A stretch of 64,000 bases of DNA. It comes from an uncultured Candidatus Rokubacteria bacterium (GTDB taxonomy: Bacteria; Methylomirabilota; Methylomirabilia; Rokubacteriales; CSP1-6). A program made the translations under genes and the position numbers. Below are positions 27,870-38,592 of this stretch, one piece after another (the first letter of the stretch is position 1; every line of letters starts with the position of its first letter). The stretch lies in the NCBI GenBank assembly GCA_963789955.1, contig CAWBMV010000034.1:1184001-1248000 (forward strand), read 5' to 3'. Below the pieces are notes generated by a model, which did not search any database, was not told the origin of the DNA, and saw only the letters and a list, made by a program, of their open reading frames with translations.

Positions 27870-30662
27870 ATGGTTCCGCTCTCGCTGACCGGCAGGATCT
27901 TACAGACCCTCGTCCGGCTTTGCTGCGCCCACCCAGCGTTGACGGTCTCCATGGCGTTCGCCTGTGCCGCGCTCGGCGCCGGTTATGCGGCACATTCCCT
28001 CACGCTCGAGACGTCCAAGTTCCATCTGCTGCCGCTCCACCAGCAGTACGCCACGCTCTACAAGGACTACGCCGAGGACTTCGGCCAGCTCGAGGACATC
28101 GTCGTGGTCGTGGAAGCCCCGCAGATCGAGACCTCGACGGCTTACGCGGCCCGCCTGGCCGGTGTTCTTCGCCACGGCGCCCTCGAGACGGCGCGCATCA
28201 GCTATCGGATCGACGCGAGCCGTCTCGAAGCGCACGGGCTCTTGTACCTGCCGCTCGACACGCTACGAACGACGCTCGACACGGTCGCCGGCCAGGAAGA
28301 GCTGCTGGCCGACTTCGCCGGCAGCTCGACGCTCGATCGTCTGGTTGCCGGCATCAACCAGTCCATCGGCGGAACTTTCCTGCCAGGCGTGTTCGGCCCC
28401 GGGGGCGGGGACGAGCCGAACCCAGCGCCCGCGCGTCTGCTTCGCGATCTCCTGACCCAGATGTCGGAGCGGATCGACGGCGGGCCGTACCGCTCGCCCT
28501 GGGTGAATTTGATCGCAGCCCCCACGTTCGCACCGGACGGCGGCTACTTCTTGTCCCACGACCGGCGCCTCCTCTACGTCGTGGTTGACCTCGTCGAGGT
28601 ACCGCGCACCTTCGCCACCGAGCACGCGGCGGTCCTCGCCATCCGGGCCGCGATCGCGAGCCTCCGCCAGGAGTTTCCATCGGTCGAGGCCGGCGTCACG
28701 GGAGCGCCCGCGCTCTTCAGTGACGAGCTGACCGCCGCCACCCGAGACGGCGAGATCGCCAGTGTCCTGGCGTTGTTCCTCACGCTCGGTCTGTTGATGC
28801 TCGCGTTTCGACGGCTCGCCACCTCGTGCGCGATGCTCGTCGTGCTCGCCTTGAGCCTGGGCTGGTCGCTCGGCATCATCACGCTGCTCGTCGGCCAGCT
28901 CACGATCTTTTCCATGATGTTCGTCTCGGTCGTCATCGGTCTCGGGAGCGACTACGGCATCTTCTTCCTGTTCCGATATCGGGAAGAGCGAGTGCTCGGT
29001 CTGACGCTCGTCGGTGCGCTCGAGCGTACCGCGGCGCGAAGCGGCCCGGCCATTCTGCTGGGTGCCCTCACCGCTGCGGTGACCTTCTACATCCTGACCA
29101 TCGCCGAGTTCAGCGGTATCCGCGACTTCGGCTTCATCTCCGGCACGGCGATCCTTCTCGCATTTCTGTCGATGCTCACCGTCTTCCCGGCGACCGTGCT
29201 GCTCCTCGACCGGTGGCGGGGGGCCCCGCGACTCGTGCCGATCGCCGGCCGTCCAGACACTCACCGGTCGCCCGACCTCAAACCGATCGAGCGCAGACAA
29301 TTGCAGGTCCCAGCGCTGGAGTGGCTCGCGGGTTTTCCGAAGACCATCGTCGCCGCCGCGGTCCTCCTGACCGCCGCATCGCTGTGGGCGGCACCGCGGG
29401 TGGGTTTTGACTATAACCTGTTGAACCTCCAGGCCGACGGCACCGAGTCGGTCGTCTGGGAGAGGAAGGCCGCTGCCGCTTCGGGACGCTCGGTGTTCGC
29501 AGCGCTCTCGACGGCCGCGTCGCTCCCGGAGCTCGAGGACAGGCAAGCCGCATTTCAGCGCCTGCCCTCCGTCTCCGACGTCCAGAGCGTCCTGTCGGTG
29601 TTACCCGATCGACAGGCCGACAAGCTGGCAGTTCTCCAGCGCCTTGGAGACGTGGCCGACAGCATCCGCCCGGGCGCGCCGCGCCCCCTCGATCTCCGTG
29701 CGCTCACCGTGGCGCTCGAGACCTTGAAGCGCCGCCTCGACGTCGCGAGTGCGCAAAGCGGCGCCGGGGGGCCGCCGGAGGAGATCGTCGCCACTGCCCG
29801 AACGACCTCGAGGCTTCTCGAGAGGCTCAAGGCGCGCGAGGGCGGTGCCGTCGAGGTCGCGCTCGCCGACTACCAGGCGCGGCTGTCGGCCGACTTCGCC
29901 CAGCAGTGGCGCCGGCTCCAGCTGGCGGCCCGGCCGGCGCCTCTCACGCCGGGCGATCTGCCGGAAGAGCTGCGACGAAAGTTCATCGGCAAGAGCGGGC
30001 ACCTGCTTCTTCAGGTGTACTCCCGGCTCGACCTCTGGGATCGGCACAGTCAGGCGCGCTTCGTGGAGGAGCTGCGGACCGTCGACCCGAGCGTCACGGG
30101 ACAGCCTGTCGTCGCCTACGAGTCGACGCAGCTCATCGAGCGGACGTTCCGGCTCGGACTGGCGTACGCCTTCGCGCTCGTCGCCGGCATCGCGGCGCTC
30201 ATGATCCGCCGTGTGCGGGAGACCGTGCTCGCGATGGTGCCGCTGATCCTGGGCACGCTGTGGACGGTCGGGATCATGCAGTTGGCCGGGCTGAAGTTCA
30301 ACCTGGTGAACGTCTGGGCGCTTCCGCTCATCGTCGGCTCCGCCGCCGAGTACGGCGTGAACATCGTTCTCCGGTCTCTCGAATCGGAGGCGCACGGCGA
30401 GGGACGACGGCTCGCGCGCAGCACCGTCATGGGGGTGGTGTTCAACGGTCTCACGACCCTGGCGGGCTTCGGCAGCCTGCTCGTCGCGCACCATCGAGGC
30501 GTGTGGAGCCTGGGCTTGCTGCTCGTGATCGGCTCCGCGACGACGCTGATCGCCTCGCTGGTCGTGCTGCCCACGCTGGTGCGCCTCGGCGGCGAGCGCC
30601 GCCGATCTGAGGCCGAGCACAGCCCTGTGGTCGCCACCGCCGTGACCGCGATCGCAAGCTAG
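27870..30662 (+). CDS. MMPL/RND family transporter, HpnN (hopanoid exporter)-like
   Basis: 930 aa; GLLYLP, AGVTG, GLGSDYGIF, FDYNLLNLQ, VTGQPV, GFGSLLVAHHRG. Confidence 0.88.
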   Translation: MVPLSLTGRILQTLVRLCCAHPALTVSMAFACAALGAGYAAHSLTLETSKFHLLPLHQQYATLYKDYAEDFGQLEDIVVVVEAPQIETSTAYAARLAGVLRHGALETARISYRIDASRLEAHGLLYLPLDTLRTTLDTVAGQEELLADFAGSSTLDRLVAGINQSIGGTFLPGVFGPGGGDEPNPAPARLLRDLLTQMSERIDGGPYRSPWVNLIAAPTFAPDGGYFLSHDRRLLYVVVDLVEVPRTFATEHAAVLAIRAAIASLRQEFPSVEAGVTGAPALFSDELTAATRDGEIASVLALFLTLGLLMLAFRRLATSCAMLVVLALSLGWSLGIITLLVGQLTIFSMMFVSVVIGLGSDYGIFFLFRYREERVLGLTLVGALERTAARSGPAILLGALTAAVTFYILTIAEFSGIRDFGFISGTAILLAFLSMLTVFPATVLLLDRWRGAPRLVPIAGRPDTHRSPDLKPIERRQLQVPALEWLAGFPKTIVAAAVLLTAASLWAAPRVGFDYNLLNLQADGTESVVWERKAAAASGRSVFAALSTAASLPELEDRQAAFQRLPSVSDVQSVLSVLPDRQADKLAVLQRLGDVADSIRPGAPRPLDLRALTVALETLKRRLDVASAQSGAGGPPEEIVATARTTSRLLERLKAREGGAVEVALADYQARLSADFAQQWRRLQLAARPAPLTPGDLPEELRRKFIGKSGHLLLQVYSRLDLWDRHSQARFVEELRTVDPSVTGQPVVAYESTQLIERTFRLGLAYAFALVAGIAALMIRRVRETVLAMVPLILGTLWTVGIMQLAGLKFNLVNVWALPLIVGSAAEYGVNIVLRSLESEAHGEGRRLARSTVMGVVFNGLTTLAGFGSLLVAHHRGVWSLGLLLVIGSATTLIASLVVLPTLVRLGGERRRSEAEHSPVVATAVTAIAS

Positions 30663-30681
30663 AAAGACAAAGGAACGCCCA

Positions 30682-31996
30682 ATGAAGGTCCGTTCAATCG
30701 TCGTCGGTGTCATCCTCGTCGTGGCGTCGGTGCTCATGGCCGACAACGTTCAGGGTCAGAGCAAGGCTACGGGCAACGGAATCGACGCCCACGTGCGCAC
30801 GATGCTCGAGAATGGGCGGCGAATCTTTCGCTTCGATACCTTCGGCAGCGAAGCCTTCTGGGGCGAGACGCTCCAGCTCCACAGAGCCATCGCCGGCGAG
30901 AAGAACGGAGGTGTCGGCGGCGGCGTGAGCCCAAAGACCGCGCTGTCGGTCGGCCTGAAGGTCGATGCGGATGCGTTGCCCGCCCCGCTGAAGCGGCAGA
31001 TCAAGGACGGCAAGGTCGACCTCGACGACCCCGCGACCACGCTCGCCCTTCTCAAGCTGAACTCGGTCGTCGGCGTCACCGGGTTGTTCAACACCCAGGG
31101 GAACCTCGTCTCGATGGGACTTCAGTGCGCTCTCTGCCACTCGACCGTGGACGACTCCTTCGCATCCGGGATCGGCAAACGCCAGGACGGGTGGGCCAAC
31201 CGTGACCTCAACGTCGGGCTCATCGTGTCGCTGGCGCCGAACCTCACGCCGTTCGCCGAGCTCCTCGGTGTCGACGTCGCCACGGTGAAGAAGGTGCTCA
31301 CCAGCTGGGGGCCCGGCCGATTCGATGCCGAGCTCGACAAGGACGGCAAGGCCTTTCGACCGGACGGAAAGCAAGCAGGAACGCTGATTCCTCCCGCCTT
31401 CGGTCTCGCCGGCGTGAACCTGAGCACCTGGACGGGCTTTGGATCCGCTCACGTACTGGAACGCGTACGTCGCGGCGACGCAGATGCACGGCGCGGGGAC
31501 GTTCTTCGACGCGCGGTTCAACGATGGCGAGCAATATCCGGTATCGGCCAAGAGTCACTCCGGCAACACGCGCCCAACGCGTGACGCGGTGACCTCGAAG
31601 CTGGCGGCTCTTCACTTCTACCAGCTCGCGCTGCCCGCGCCGAAAGCGCCGGCGGCGAGCTTCGACAAGGACGCCGCCGCGCGCGGACTCGTGCTGTTCA
31701 ACGGCACCGCCAAGTGCGCCACCTGTCACGTCCCGCCGCTCTTCACCGAGCCCGGAAACAACCTGCACGCGCCCAGCGAGATCGGCGTTGACTCTTTCCA
31801 GGCTGACCGCTCACCGACTCACATGTACCGGACCGCGCCCCTCGCCGGGCTCTGGACCCACCAGAAGGGCGGCTTCTACCATGACGGCCGCTTTGCCACG
31901 TTGCGGGACGTGCTCGAGCACTACGACGCGTTCTTCAAGCTGGGGTTGAGCGAGCGGGAAAAGACCGAGCTCACCGAATACCTGAAATCGCTGTAG
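30682..31996 (+). CDS. Periplasmic di-heme c-type cytochrome (frameshift near 31445)
   Basis: Signal peptide; CALCH and CATCH; YRTAPLAGLW...FYHDGRF peroxidase-like C-terminus. Confidence 0.8.
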
Positions 31997-32009
31997 GGGA
32001 GAAAAAGAA

Positions 32010-32300
32010 ATGCGAACCAGTGAGGTCTTCATTCTGGGAACGATCACAGGCGCAGTCGGCATCTTGCTCTGGGGGAGACAGATCCAGAGCTCTGTGCGAG
32101 GAAAGACATCGGCGGTGCGCTCGAAGGCCGCGGAGGGGATCCGCGCGGTGGAAACGCAGACCGGGAAAGTGCTGGACCGAGGCGGGAGCTCCCTGCGTCG
32201 AGCCGAAGAGTTCTTGCAGGATACGAAGGAGCACGTCAGTGACGCGCTTCGAGCGGCGGAGGTTGCGATTCGCCCGGCACCAGCAACCGGAACAGCATGA
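32010..32300 (+). CDS. Small membrane-anchored helical protein (YtxH-like)
   Basis: FILGTITGAVGILLW followed by a charged amphipathic helix. Confidence 0.6.
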   Translation: MRTSEVFILGTITGAVGILLWGRQIQSSVRGKTSAVRSKAAEGIRAVETQTGKVLDRGGSSLRRAEEFLQDTKEHVSDALRAAEVAIRPAPATGTA

Positions 32301-32968
32301 CCATGCGAACACAGCTCATTGCCACCCTCGTCGTCTTCGTCCTGACCGGAGGGTGCGCCGGGCTCGGGGGCGCGCCGTCGGCCGAGCCGAGCCAGAAGGG
32401 CGGGACGCAGCCCGCGTCTCGCCCGCTCGATGCGCAACAGGCCGAGCGCCTTCGGCTCGTCATGCTCCCGCTCGTCAAAGCCATGAATCATCCGCGCCCC
32501 TTGAATCAGGTCCGGGTGGCGATCATGGACGATCCGCACGTCAACGCGGCCAGCGCGGGCGGGGGAGAGTTCTATGTCACCACCGGGCTGCTTCTGAAGG
32601 CCAGCGATGACCAGCTCCGGGGGGTGCTGGCTCACGAGCTCGCCCACGACGATCTCGGCCATGTCGCCAAGGCTCAAACGCTCGGCGTCGGAGTGGGCAT
32701 CGGCGTGATTGTTCTCGACCAGCTGTTCCCCGGCAGCGGCAGTCTCACGCCTCTCGCCGGCGCCTTGATTACCAATGGCTACAGCCGCCAGGAGGAATAC
32801 GACGCGGACCGCCACGGTGTCGATCTCCTTCGCGGTGCCGGGTATTCCAAGGACGTGATGATCAACACGCTGACCTGGCTCCTGCAGACAGAGGGCGCCA
32901 GCGGGGGAGGGTTCCTCGCCAGCCATCCGGGAACGCAAGACCGGATCGACGCGCTGAAAAAGCTATAG
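32297..32968 (+). CDS. M48 family zinc metallopeptidase lipoprotein
   Basis: Lipobox TGGC, NAASAGG, HELAH, YSRQEEYDAD, SHPGTQDRI. Confidence 0.9.
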   Translation: MTMRTQLIATLVVFVLTGGCAGLGGAPSAEPSQKGGTQPASRPLDAQQAERLRLVMLPLVKAMNHPRPLNQVRVAIMDDPHVNAASAGGGEFYVTTGLLLKASDDQLRGVLAHELAHDDLGHVAKAQTLGVGVGIGVIVLDQLFPGSGSLTPLAGALITNGYSRQEEYDADRHGVDLLRGAGYSKDVMINTLTWLLQTEGASGGGFLASHPGTQDRIDALKKL

Positions 32969-33481
32969 TGAAGCCCGCGCCGCGCATCGTCGGACTCGTC
33001 TTCCTGGTGGCGGCGGGTTGCGTCGGGGGAGAGAGCGCGCCGCCGCGCGAGCCGGTTGTCCAGCCGGCCGCGCCCTGCAGCGCGTCCCACAGATCAGAGC
33101 GCCGCCAAGAAGATTCCCGCTCCTCCCTCAACCGCGGAGCAGTCTCGGAAGACGGAGAGCGCCGCTCCGGGGAAGCCGGCGGCGTCGCCACCCCTGAACC
33201 TGGCGTCTCTGGAGCAGCGACTCAGAGACACCAAGGCCATCGGCGTGTTCACGAAGATCTCGCTCAAGAATCAAGTCGATGACCTGCTGAGTCAGTTTCG
33301 AGCGTTCCACCAGGAAGGCGCAGGAGCCCTGACCGAGCTTCGGGAAAAGTACAATCTTCTTCTCCTCAAGGTGTTGTCTCTCCTGCAGGCCGGTGACCCG
33401 GTGCTGGCTCAAGCTGTCGCGGCGTCACGCGAAGCGATCTGGAGCCTCCTTGCGGATCCGGCAAAGTTTGCAACGCTCTAA
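32968..33481 (+). CDS. Hypothetical lipoprotein (frameshifted)
   Basis: VAAGC lipobox; C-terminal LEQRLRDTKAIGVFTKISLKNQVDDLL helical domain. Confidence 0.65.
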
Positions 33482-33502
33482 CCTCACAGGAGGCGAAGCG
33501 CT

Positions 33503-33757
33503 GTGAGAACACGTGCAAAAGGCTGGGCCCTCAGCGTTGCGATGACGATGCTCTCCGCGGGGCCGTCGATCGCCGCGGATGACGTATCGGTCCTCAAGGA
33601 TCTGACGGCCGTGATCGCGCTCCAGGCGCTGCCCTGTGGTCAAGTCATCGCTGTCGTGCGCCAAGCTGAGAGCGACTACATCACGTCATGCCAGGACGGG
33701 AACCGCTACCGGGTGTTCATCAACTCCGAGGGGCGGGTTGTCGCGCTGAAGCAATAG
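33503..33757 (+). CDS. Small secreted two-Cys protein
   Basis: RBS AGGAGG; signal peptide; LPCGQV...SCQDGNRYRV. Confidence 0.7.
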   Translation: MRTRAKGWALSVAMTMLSAGPSIAADDVSVLKDLTAVIALQALPCGQVIAVVRQAESDYITSCQDGNRYRVFINSEGRVVALKQ

Positions 33758-33826
33758 GATGCTCCTCGCGCCGATTCGGTCTGCTCTGCCGACTCGCCAA
33801 TTGAATCTGCTCCTTGCAAAACGGGC

Positions 33827-35676
33827 ATGAACAACTGGGGGATCGTTGCGCTCGTCGTTGCGGCCCTGTACTGGCTGCAGGCCGTGCTGATCCCGATGGC
33901 GATGGCCATCTTGCTCACGTTCCTCTTGAGTCCCGTGGTGGGCATCGTCCAGCGGCGAGGGCTGGGTCGAGTGCCGGCGGTCCTCGTGACGGTTTTCCTC
34001 GCGTTCTCGATCCTGGGCGGGATTGGCTGGACGCTCACTCGCCAGCTGGTAACGCTCGCCAACGAGCTGCCACGGTACAGCCTGAACATCCACCAGAGAA
34101 TCGCGGATCTTCGCGGAGCCAGCCAGGGCGGCTCGGTGGAGAAGGTTCAGAAAGCGGTGGAGGACGTGGTCGGCGAGATCCAGAAGACGGGCAAGCGAAG
34201 GTGTGACGGGCTCACAAGTCGGTCGCCGTCGTCCTGGAGCCCCCGTCGATCCTTGCGCACTTGCCAACCCTTCTCCAAGCGCTGGCGAACGCGGGGCTCG
34301 TGACGGTGCTCGTGATCTTCATGCTGCTCGAGCGCCGGGAGCTGCGGGATCGGCTGATCTTGCTGATTGGCTATCGGCGGATGACGGCGACGACCAGAGC
34401 GCTAGACGAAGCCGGGGCGCGTATCAGCCGGTACCTGCTCATGCAATGCATCATCAACGGCAGTTTCGGCGTGGCCGTGGGACTCGGCCTCTTCCTGATC
34501 GGAGTTCCCTACGCCGTCACCTGGGGATCCCTGGCGGCCGCCCTTCGGTTCATCCCGTACCTGGGGGCTTTCGTCGCGATGCTCCTGCCGCTTGCCCTCA
34601 GTCTGGCGGTCTTCCCGGGGTGGCTCCAGCCGGCGCTGGTTGTCGGTCTGTTCCTCGTGCTGGAGCCCATCACCGGCTCGGTGATCGAGTCGTGGTTGTA
34701 CGGTCAAAGTGCGGGGGTATCGCAGGTCGCGCTGCTGAGTAGCGTTGACCTTCTGGACCTGGCTCTGGGGACCGGCGGGGTTGCTGATGGCGACGCCCCT
34801 GACGGTCTGCCTCGTCGTTCTCGGCAAGCACCTGCCCGCCCTGGGGTTCATCGTCGTGCTCATGGGTGACCGGCCGGTCATCGAGGCCAAGGCGCGCTAC
34901 TATCAGCGACTGCTCGCGCGAGACCAGGACGAGGCGGCCGACATCGTCGAGACCTACGTGAACAAGGACGGACGAGAGTCAGTCTATGACGCGGTGCTCC
35001 TCCCCGCGCTCTACTATGCCAAGCAGGACCGTGATCGCGGTCTGTTGAGCGAGGGTGACGCTGAATTCGTGGGACAGGCGACCCGAGAGATCCTCGACGT
35101 TCTCGCCCACGACGCTGCCGGCCCCTCAGAGAGGGACTCCGGGGACCTCTCCGTGAGTGACCCCGGCGACACCCGGGTCCGGATCCTAGGGTGTCCCGCT
35201 CGAGACGAGGCAGATGCCGTGGCTCTCGAGATGGTGCGACACCTGCTCGACCCGGCGCGGTACCGGATCGAGGTGAGCGGGACCGGGATGCTCACGGCGG
35301 AAGTGGCCGCCTGGGTCGACCTGCACCGCCCCGCGCTCCTCTGCATCGGGACGGTGGCGCCAGGAGGCTTGAGCCAGGCGCGGCATCTCTGCAAGCGCCT
35401 GCGTTCGCAGTGTCCGGAGCTCAAGATCGTGGTCGGTCGCTGGGGTCTCCACGACGAAAGGGATACCGATCGCGAGCTCCTGCTCGCGGCCGGAGCCGAT
35501 CACGTCGAGACGACGGTGCTCGATACACAACGGGCACTCGCCCAGGTGGCGCTGACGCTCGGGCGCCCGGCTCCGGAGCTCGCCACCGACGCTGGTTCCC
35601 GAGGTCGTGCCAGAGACCGACCCCGCCGACGTCCACGGCGCTCGAGTGGGCCCGAGGCGCGGAACCGATACCGTGA
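33827..35676 (+). CDS. AI-2E family transporter with C-terminal cytoplasmic extension (frameshifted; end approximate)
   Basis: LTFLLSP, RELRDRLI, RISRYLLMQ, LRFIPYLG, FWTWLWGPAGLLMATPLT, YYQRLLA. Confidence 0.85.
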
Positions 35677-35761
35677 ACCTGCGGCGTGCGGGCGACCGCT
35701 GCCAGCCTCGGCGATTTCGCCTCGTCGCTCGGCGTCGGCCTGCTGTGGACGGCGGTCGACT

Positions 35762-35926
35762 GTCGTTCCGAGAATCAGTCAGGAAACCCTGGCCGACATG
35801 GTCGGGACCACGCGGTCCAGGGTGAGTTTCTTCATGAACAAGTTTCGGAAGCTGGGCCTCATTGAATATAGCGGGGGGCAACTGCAGGTTCACAGCTCCC
35901 TCCTGGGGGTCGTCCTCCACGACTAG
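35762..35926 (+). pseudogene. Crp/Fnr remnant (HTH only), third copy
   Basis: VVPRISQETLADMVGTTRSRVSFFMNKFRKLG...VLHD*, highly similar to the crp 3' ends; cNMP domain absent. Confidence 0.8.
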
Positions 35927-36015
35927 ACGGCGTCGATACCCCGTTATCAGTCGCAGCGCAAGCCAGCGGACGATCCGACGGCAGTCATCGCGCTCCGCGA
36001 GCAAGACCCGCCCGG

Positions 36016-36118
36016 CGTCTCCATGACCGCCACCGTACGTGTACGGGTAGCGCTCTTGGGCGGAGTGTCTTGACCATCCCTCGAAGACGGGAGGGGCTCG
36101 GTGGCTATGGTCCAACTC
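36016..36118 (+). repeat. About 100-bp leader repeat, copy A
   Basis: Aligns with 37007-37107; contains the CCGTAC-GT-GTACGG palindrome. Confidence 0.8.
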
Positions 36119-36999
36119 CGCGGAGAGTGCGCGATGCCCGTCAAAGGTGCTGGGGCGATGGCGACACAGTTGAGGAAGACCGGACTCGGTGTTCTGGGCG
36201 ACATGCCGTGGGGGACCCACTGTTGTCACTTCTATCAGACGCAAAAGGAGCTCTTGGAGACGCTCGTCCCTTATTTCAAGGCGGGCCTGGAGAGCCGGGA
36301 GTTCTGCTTCTGGCTCGTCCCGGAACCCCTGACCGAGGCGAAGGCCCAGAGGGCGCTGCGCCAGCATCTGCCCGACGCTGATCGATACCTGGCGGACGGG
36401 AGCATCGAGATTGTATCGAGCCGGAAGTGGTATCTCCACCGAGGCAAGTTTTCGCGCGCGCGGGTCGCCCGTATATGGAACGAGAAACTGGAGCAAGCAT
36501 CGGCTCGAGGCTACACCGGGGTGAGGGCCACTGGGAACGCCTTCTGGCTCCACAGAAAGCAGTGGAGGCTCTTCGATGAGTACGAACGAACGCTCAATGA
36601 CTCCCTTGCCGGGAAAGTCCTTGGTCGTCTTGTGCAGTTATCCGCTCGTCGTGTGCGGAGCGACCGAGGTGCTCGACGTAGCGCGGAATCATCACTTTGC
36701 CATCGCAAAGCGAGCGAGGAAATGGGAGGTTGTCCAGTGGCGGACGCCGTCCAGCTCGGCGCGAGCGCTACGAGGCCCTGACGAGCCGGGAGCGAGATGT
36801 GTTCCACCTGGCCGCCGAGGGCCACACCAACCCCCAGATTTCCCAGCGACTATCTATTGGCGTCCGTACCGTCGAGGGCTACCGCGCGAATCTCATGCGC
36901 AAGCTTGGCCTGCGCAATCAGACCGACTTGGTCCGGTACGCGCTCCAGGGGGGACTGCTGCCCGACGAAACATGGATCCGCCAGAGGAAAGGCGACTGA
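36101..36999 (+). CDS. MEDS domain + LuxR/NarL HTH regulator (frameshifted)
   Basis: PWGTHCCHFYQT, FKAGLE, EYERTLN, LCSYPL; LTSRERDV...TNPQI...TVEGYRANLMRKL. Confidence 0.85.
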
Positions 37000-37006
37000 C
37001 GCCGGT

Positions 37007-37107
37007 CCTCTCCGTGACGCCACCGTACGTGTACGGCTAGCACTTTTAGGCAGAGTGCGGGATCATTCTCGAGGACGGGAGGGGTTCTGATGGCGATGGT
37101 CCAACTC
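37007..37107 (+). repeat. About 100-bp leader repeat, copy B (leading into uORF MAMVQLGS*)
   Basis: Aligns with 36016-36118. Confidence 0.8.
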
Positions 37108-37130
37108 GGCAGCTAGGCGGGGCCGACTCG

Positions 37131-37786
37131 ATGGCACAGAAAAAAAATGACGTGCCGCTCGATCTCAGGACGTATCTGGCGAAGGCCCGCGGGGGAACCA
37201 CCAAGGCCTATCGGAAAGAAAACCACCGTCTTCTCGCAGGGCAGTCCCGCGGACGCGGTTTTTTACATCGAGAAGGGCAAGGTGAAGCTGACGGTCCTGT
37301 CCACGCGCGGGAAGGAAGCGGTCGTCGCAATCTTGGGGAGCGGCGATTTCTTTGGTGAAGGGTGCCTCGCGGGACAGCCGCTTCGCATGGCCACGGCGAC
37401 CGCGATGACCGAGTGCTCGATCCTTCGAGCTTCAAAAAGAAACCATGGTCCGGATGCTCCACAATGAACCCGCATTGTCCGAGCTCTTCATGGCGTACCT
37501 GCTCTCCCGGAATGTGCGGATCGAAGAGGACCTGGTCGATCAGCTGTTCAATTCCAGTGAGAAACGGCTGGCGCGGATTCTGTTGTTGCTGACCCGCTTC
37601 GGCAAGGACGGGCAACATGAGCCCGTCGTGCCCAGGATCAGTCAGGAAACCCTGGCCGAAATGGTCGGGACGACGCGGTCCCGAGTCAGTTTCTTCATGA
37701 ACAAGTTTCGGAAGCTGGGCTTCATTGAATACAACGGCGGCTTGAACGTTCATAGCTCCCTCCTGAATATCGTCCTCCACGACTAG
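37131..37786 (+). CDS. Crp/Fnr family transcriptional regulator, copy 2 (frameshifted)
   Basis: Nearly identical DNA to 18034-18684. Confidence 0.9.
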
Positions 37787-37790
37787 AGGG

Positions 37791-38432
37791 TCAGTACCTC
37801 CGAGGGCGCTGAAGCTCCTCGTCCAGATGCTCCGTCCCGACGCGACGATTCCATCGCCACACGCCGACGGCCAGGATCGCCGCAAGAGTCAGCAGGACGG
37901 CGAGACCAAGCCACCGCTCTGCCCGGTGCACATCGGCCACGATGGCTTTGATCTGATCGGTGAAGAAGTAGGCCAAACCGAACACTAGCGGGACGCCGAG
38001 TACGGCGGCACCCACGTCCGCCACGACGAACTTCCAGAACGGCACGCGCGCAATGCCCGCCGTCAGAAACGCGGCCGCGCGGAGCCCCATGACGTGCCGC
38101 GCCGTGACGACCGTCTTCAGCGCATGCCGTCGATACGCCGCCTTGAACCACATCTCGCGCGCGGGCGACAGGACCAACCGGACTACTCGCCAGTTGAGGA
38201 CCTGCTCACCCCAGTGGCGGCCGACCCAGTAGAGCACCATATCACCGGATAGGACCCCCAGCAGACAGACGGGTAGCGCAAGCCACCACCGGACGATTTC
38301 CTCGTGGCTCAGCACGGCGGCCGCGATGATCGGCATTTCCTCGGGGATCGGCACTCCCAGGCTGCCGAGCAAGAGCACGGCGAAAACGCCGATGTACGTA
38401 AAGTTGTCGACGAACTCCTGGAGTGCCTCCAC
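37791..38432 (-). CDS. DedA family membrane protein
   Basis: GVPIPEE, GDMVLYWVGR, ARHVMGLR. Confidence 0.9.
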   Translation of the reverse strand: MEALQEFVDNFTYIGVFAVLLLGSLGVPIPEEMPIIAAAVLSHEEIVRWWLALPVCLLGVLSGDMVLYWVGRHWGEQVLNWRVVRLVLSPAREMWFKAAYRRHALKTVVTARHVMGLRAAAFLTAGIARVPFWKFVVADVGAAVLGVPLVFGLAYFFTDQIKAIVADVHRAERWLGLAVLLTLAAILAVGVWRWNRRVGTEHLDEELQRPRRY

Positions 38433-38592
38433 CGCATCCTCGCTGGACCAACGATGTTGCGTGTGCTCAGGCCCTTCGTGCAGTGTAGCCCGACCCCGAC
38501 CGGGTACGCTGCCAGGACCCTGTAAGGGCCTCGGTACCGGCTATCTGTCGCGGCGGTCGAGCAAAACCGCGATTCGCGGCAATCGCCAGACC

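Noticed and set aside
36101..37104. ATGGTCCAA in the leader repeats as extra StyR-like boxes
   Set aside because: Follows an RBS and encodes MVQL; only a half-site match
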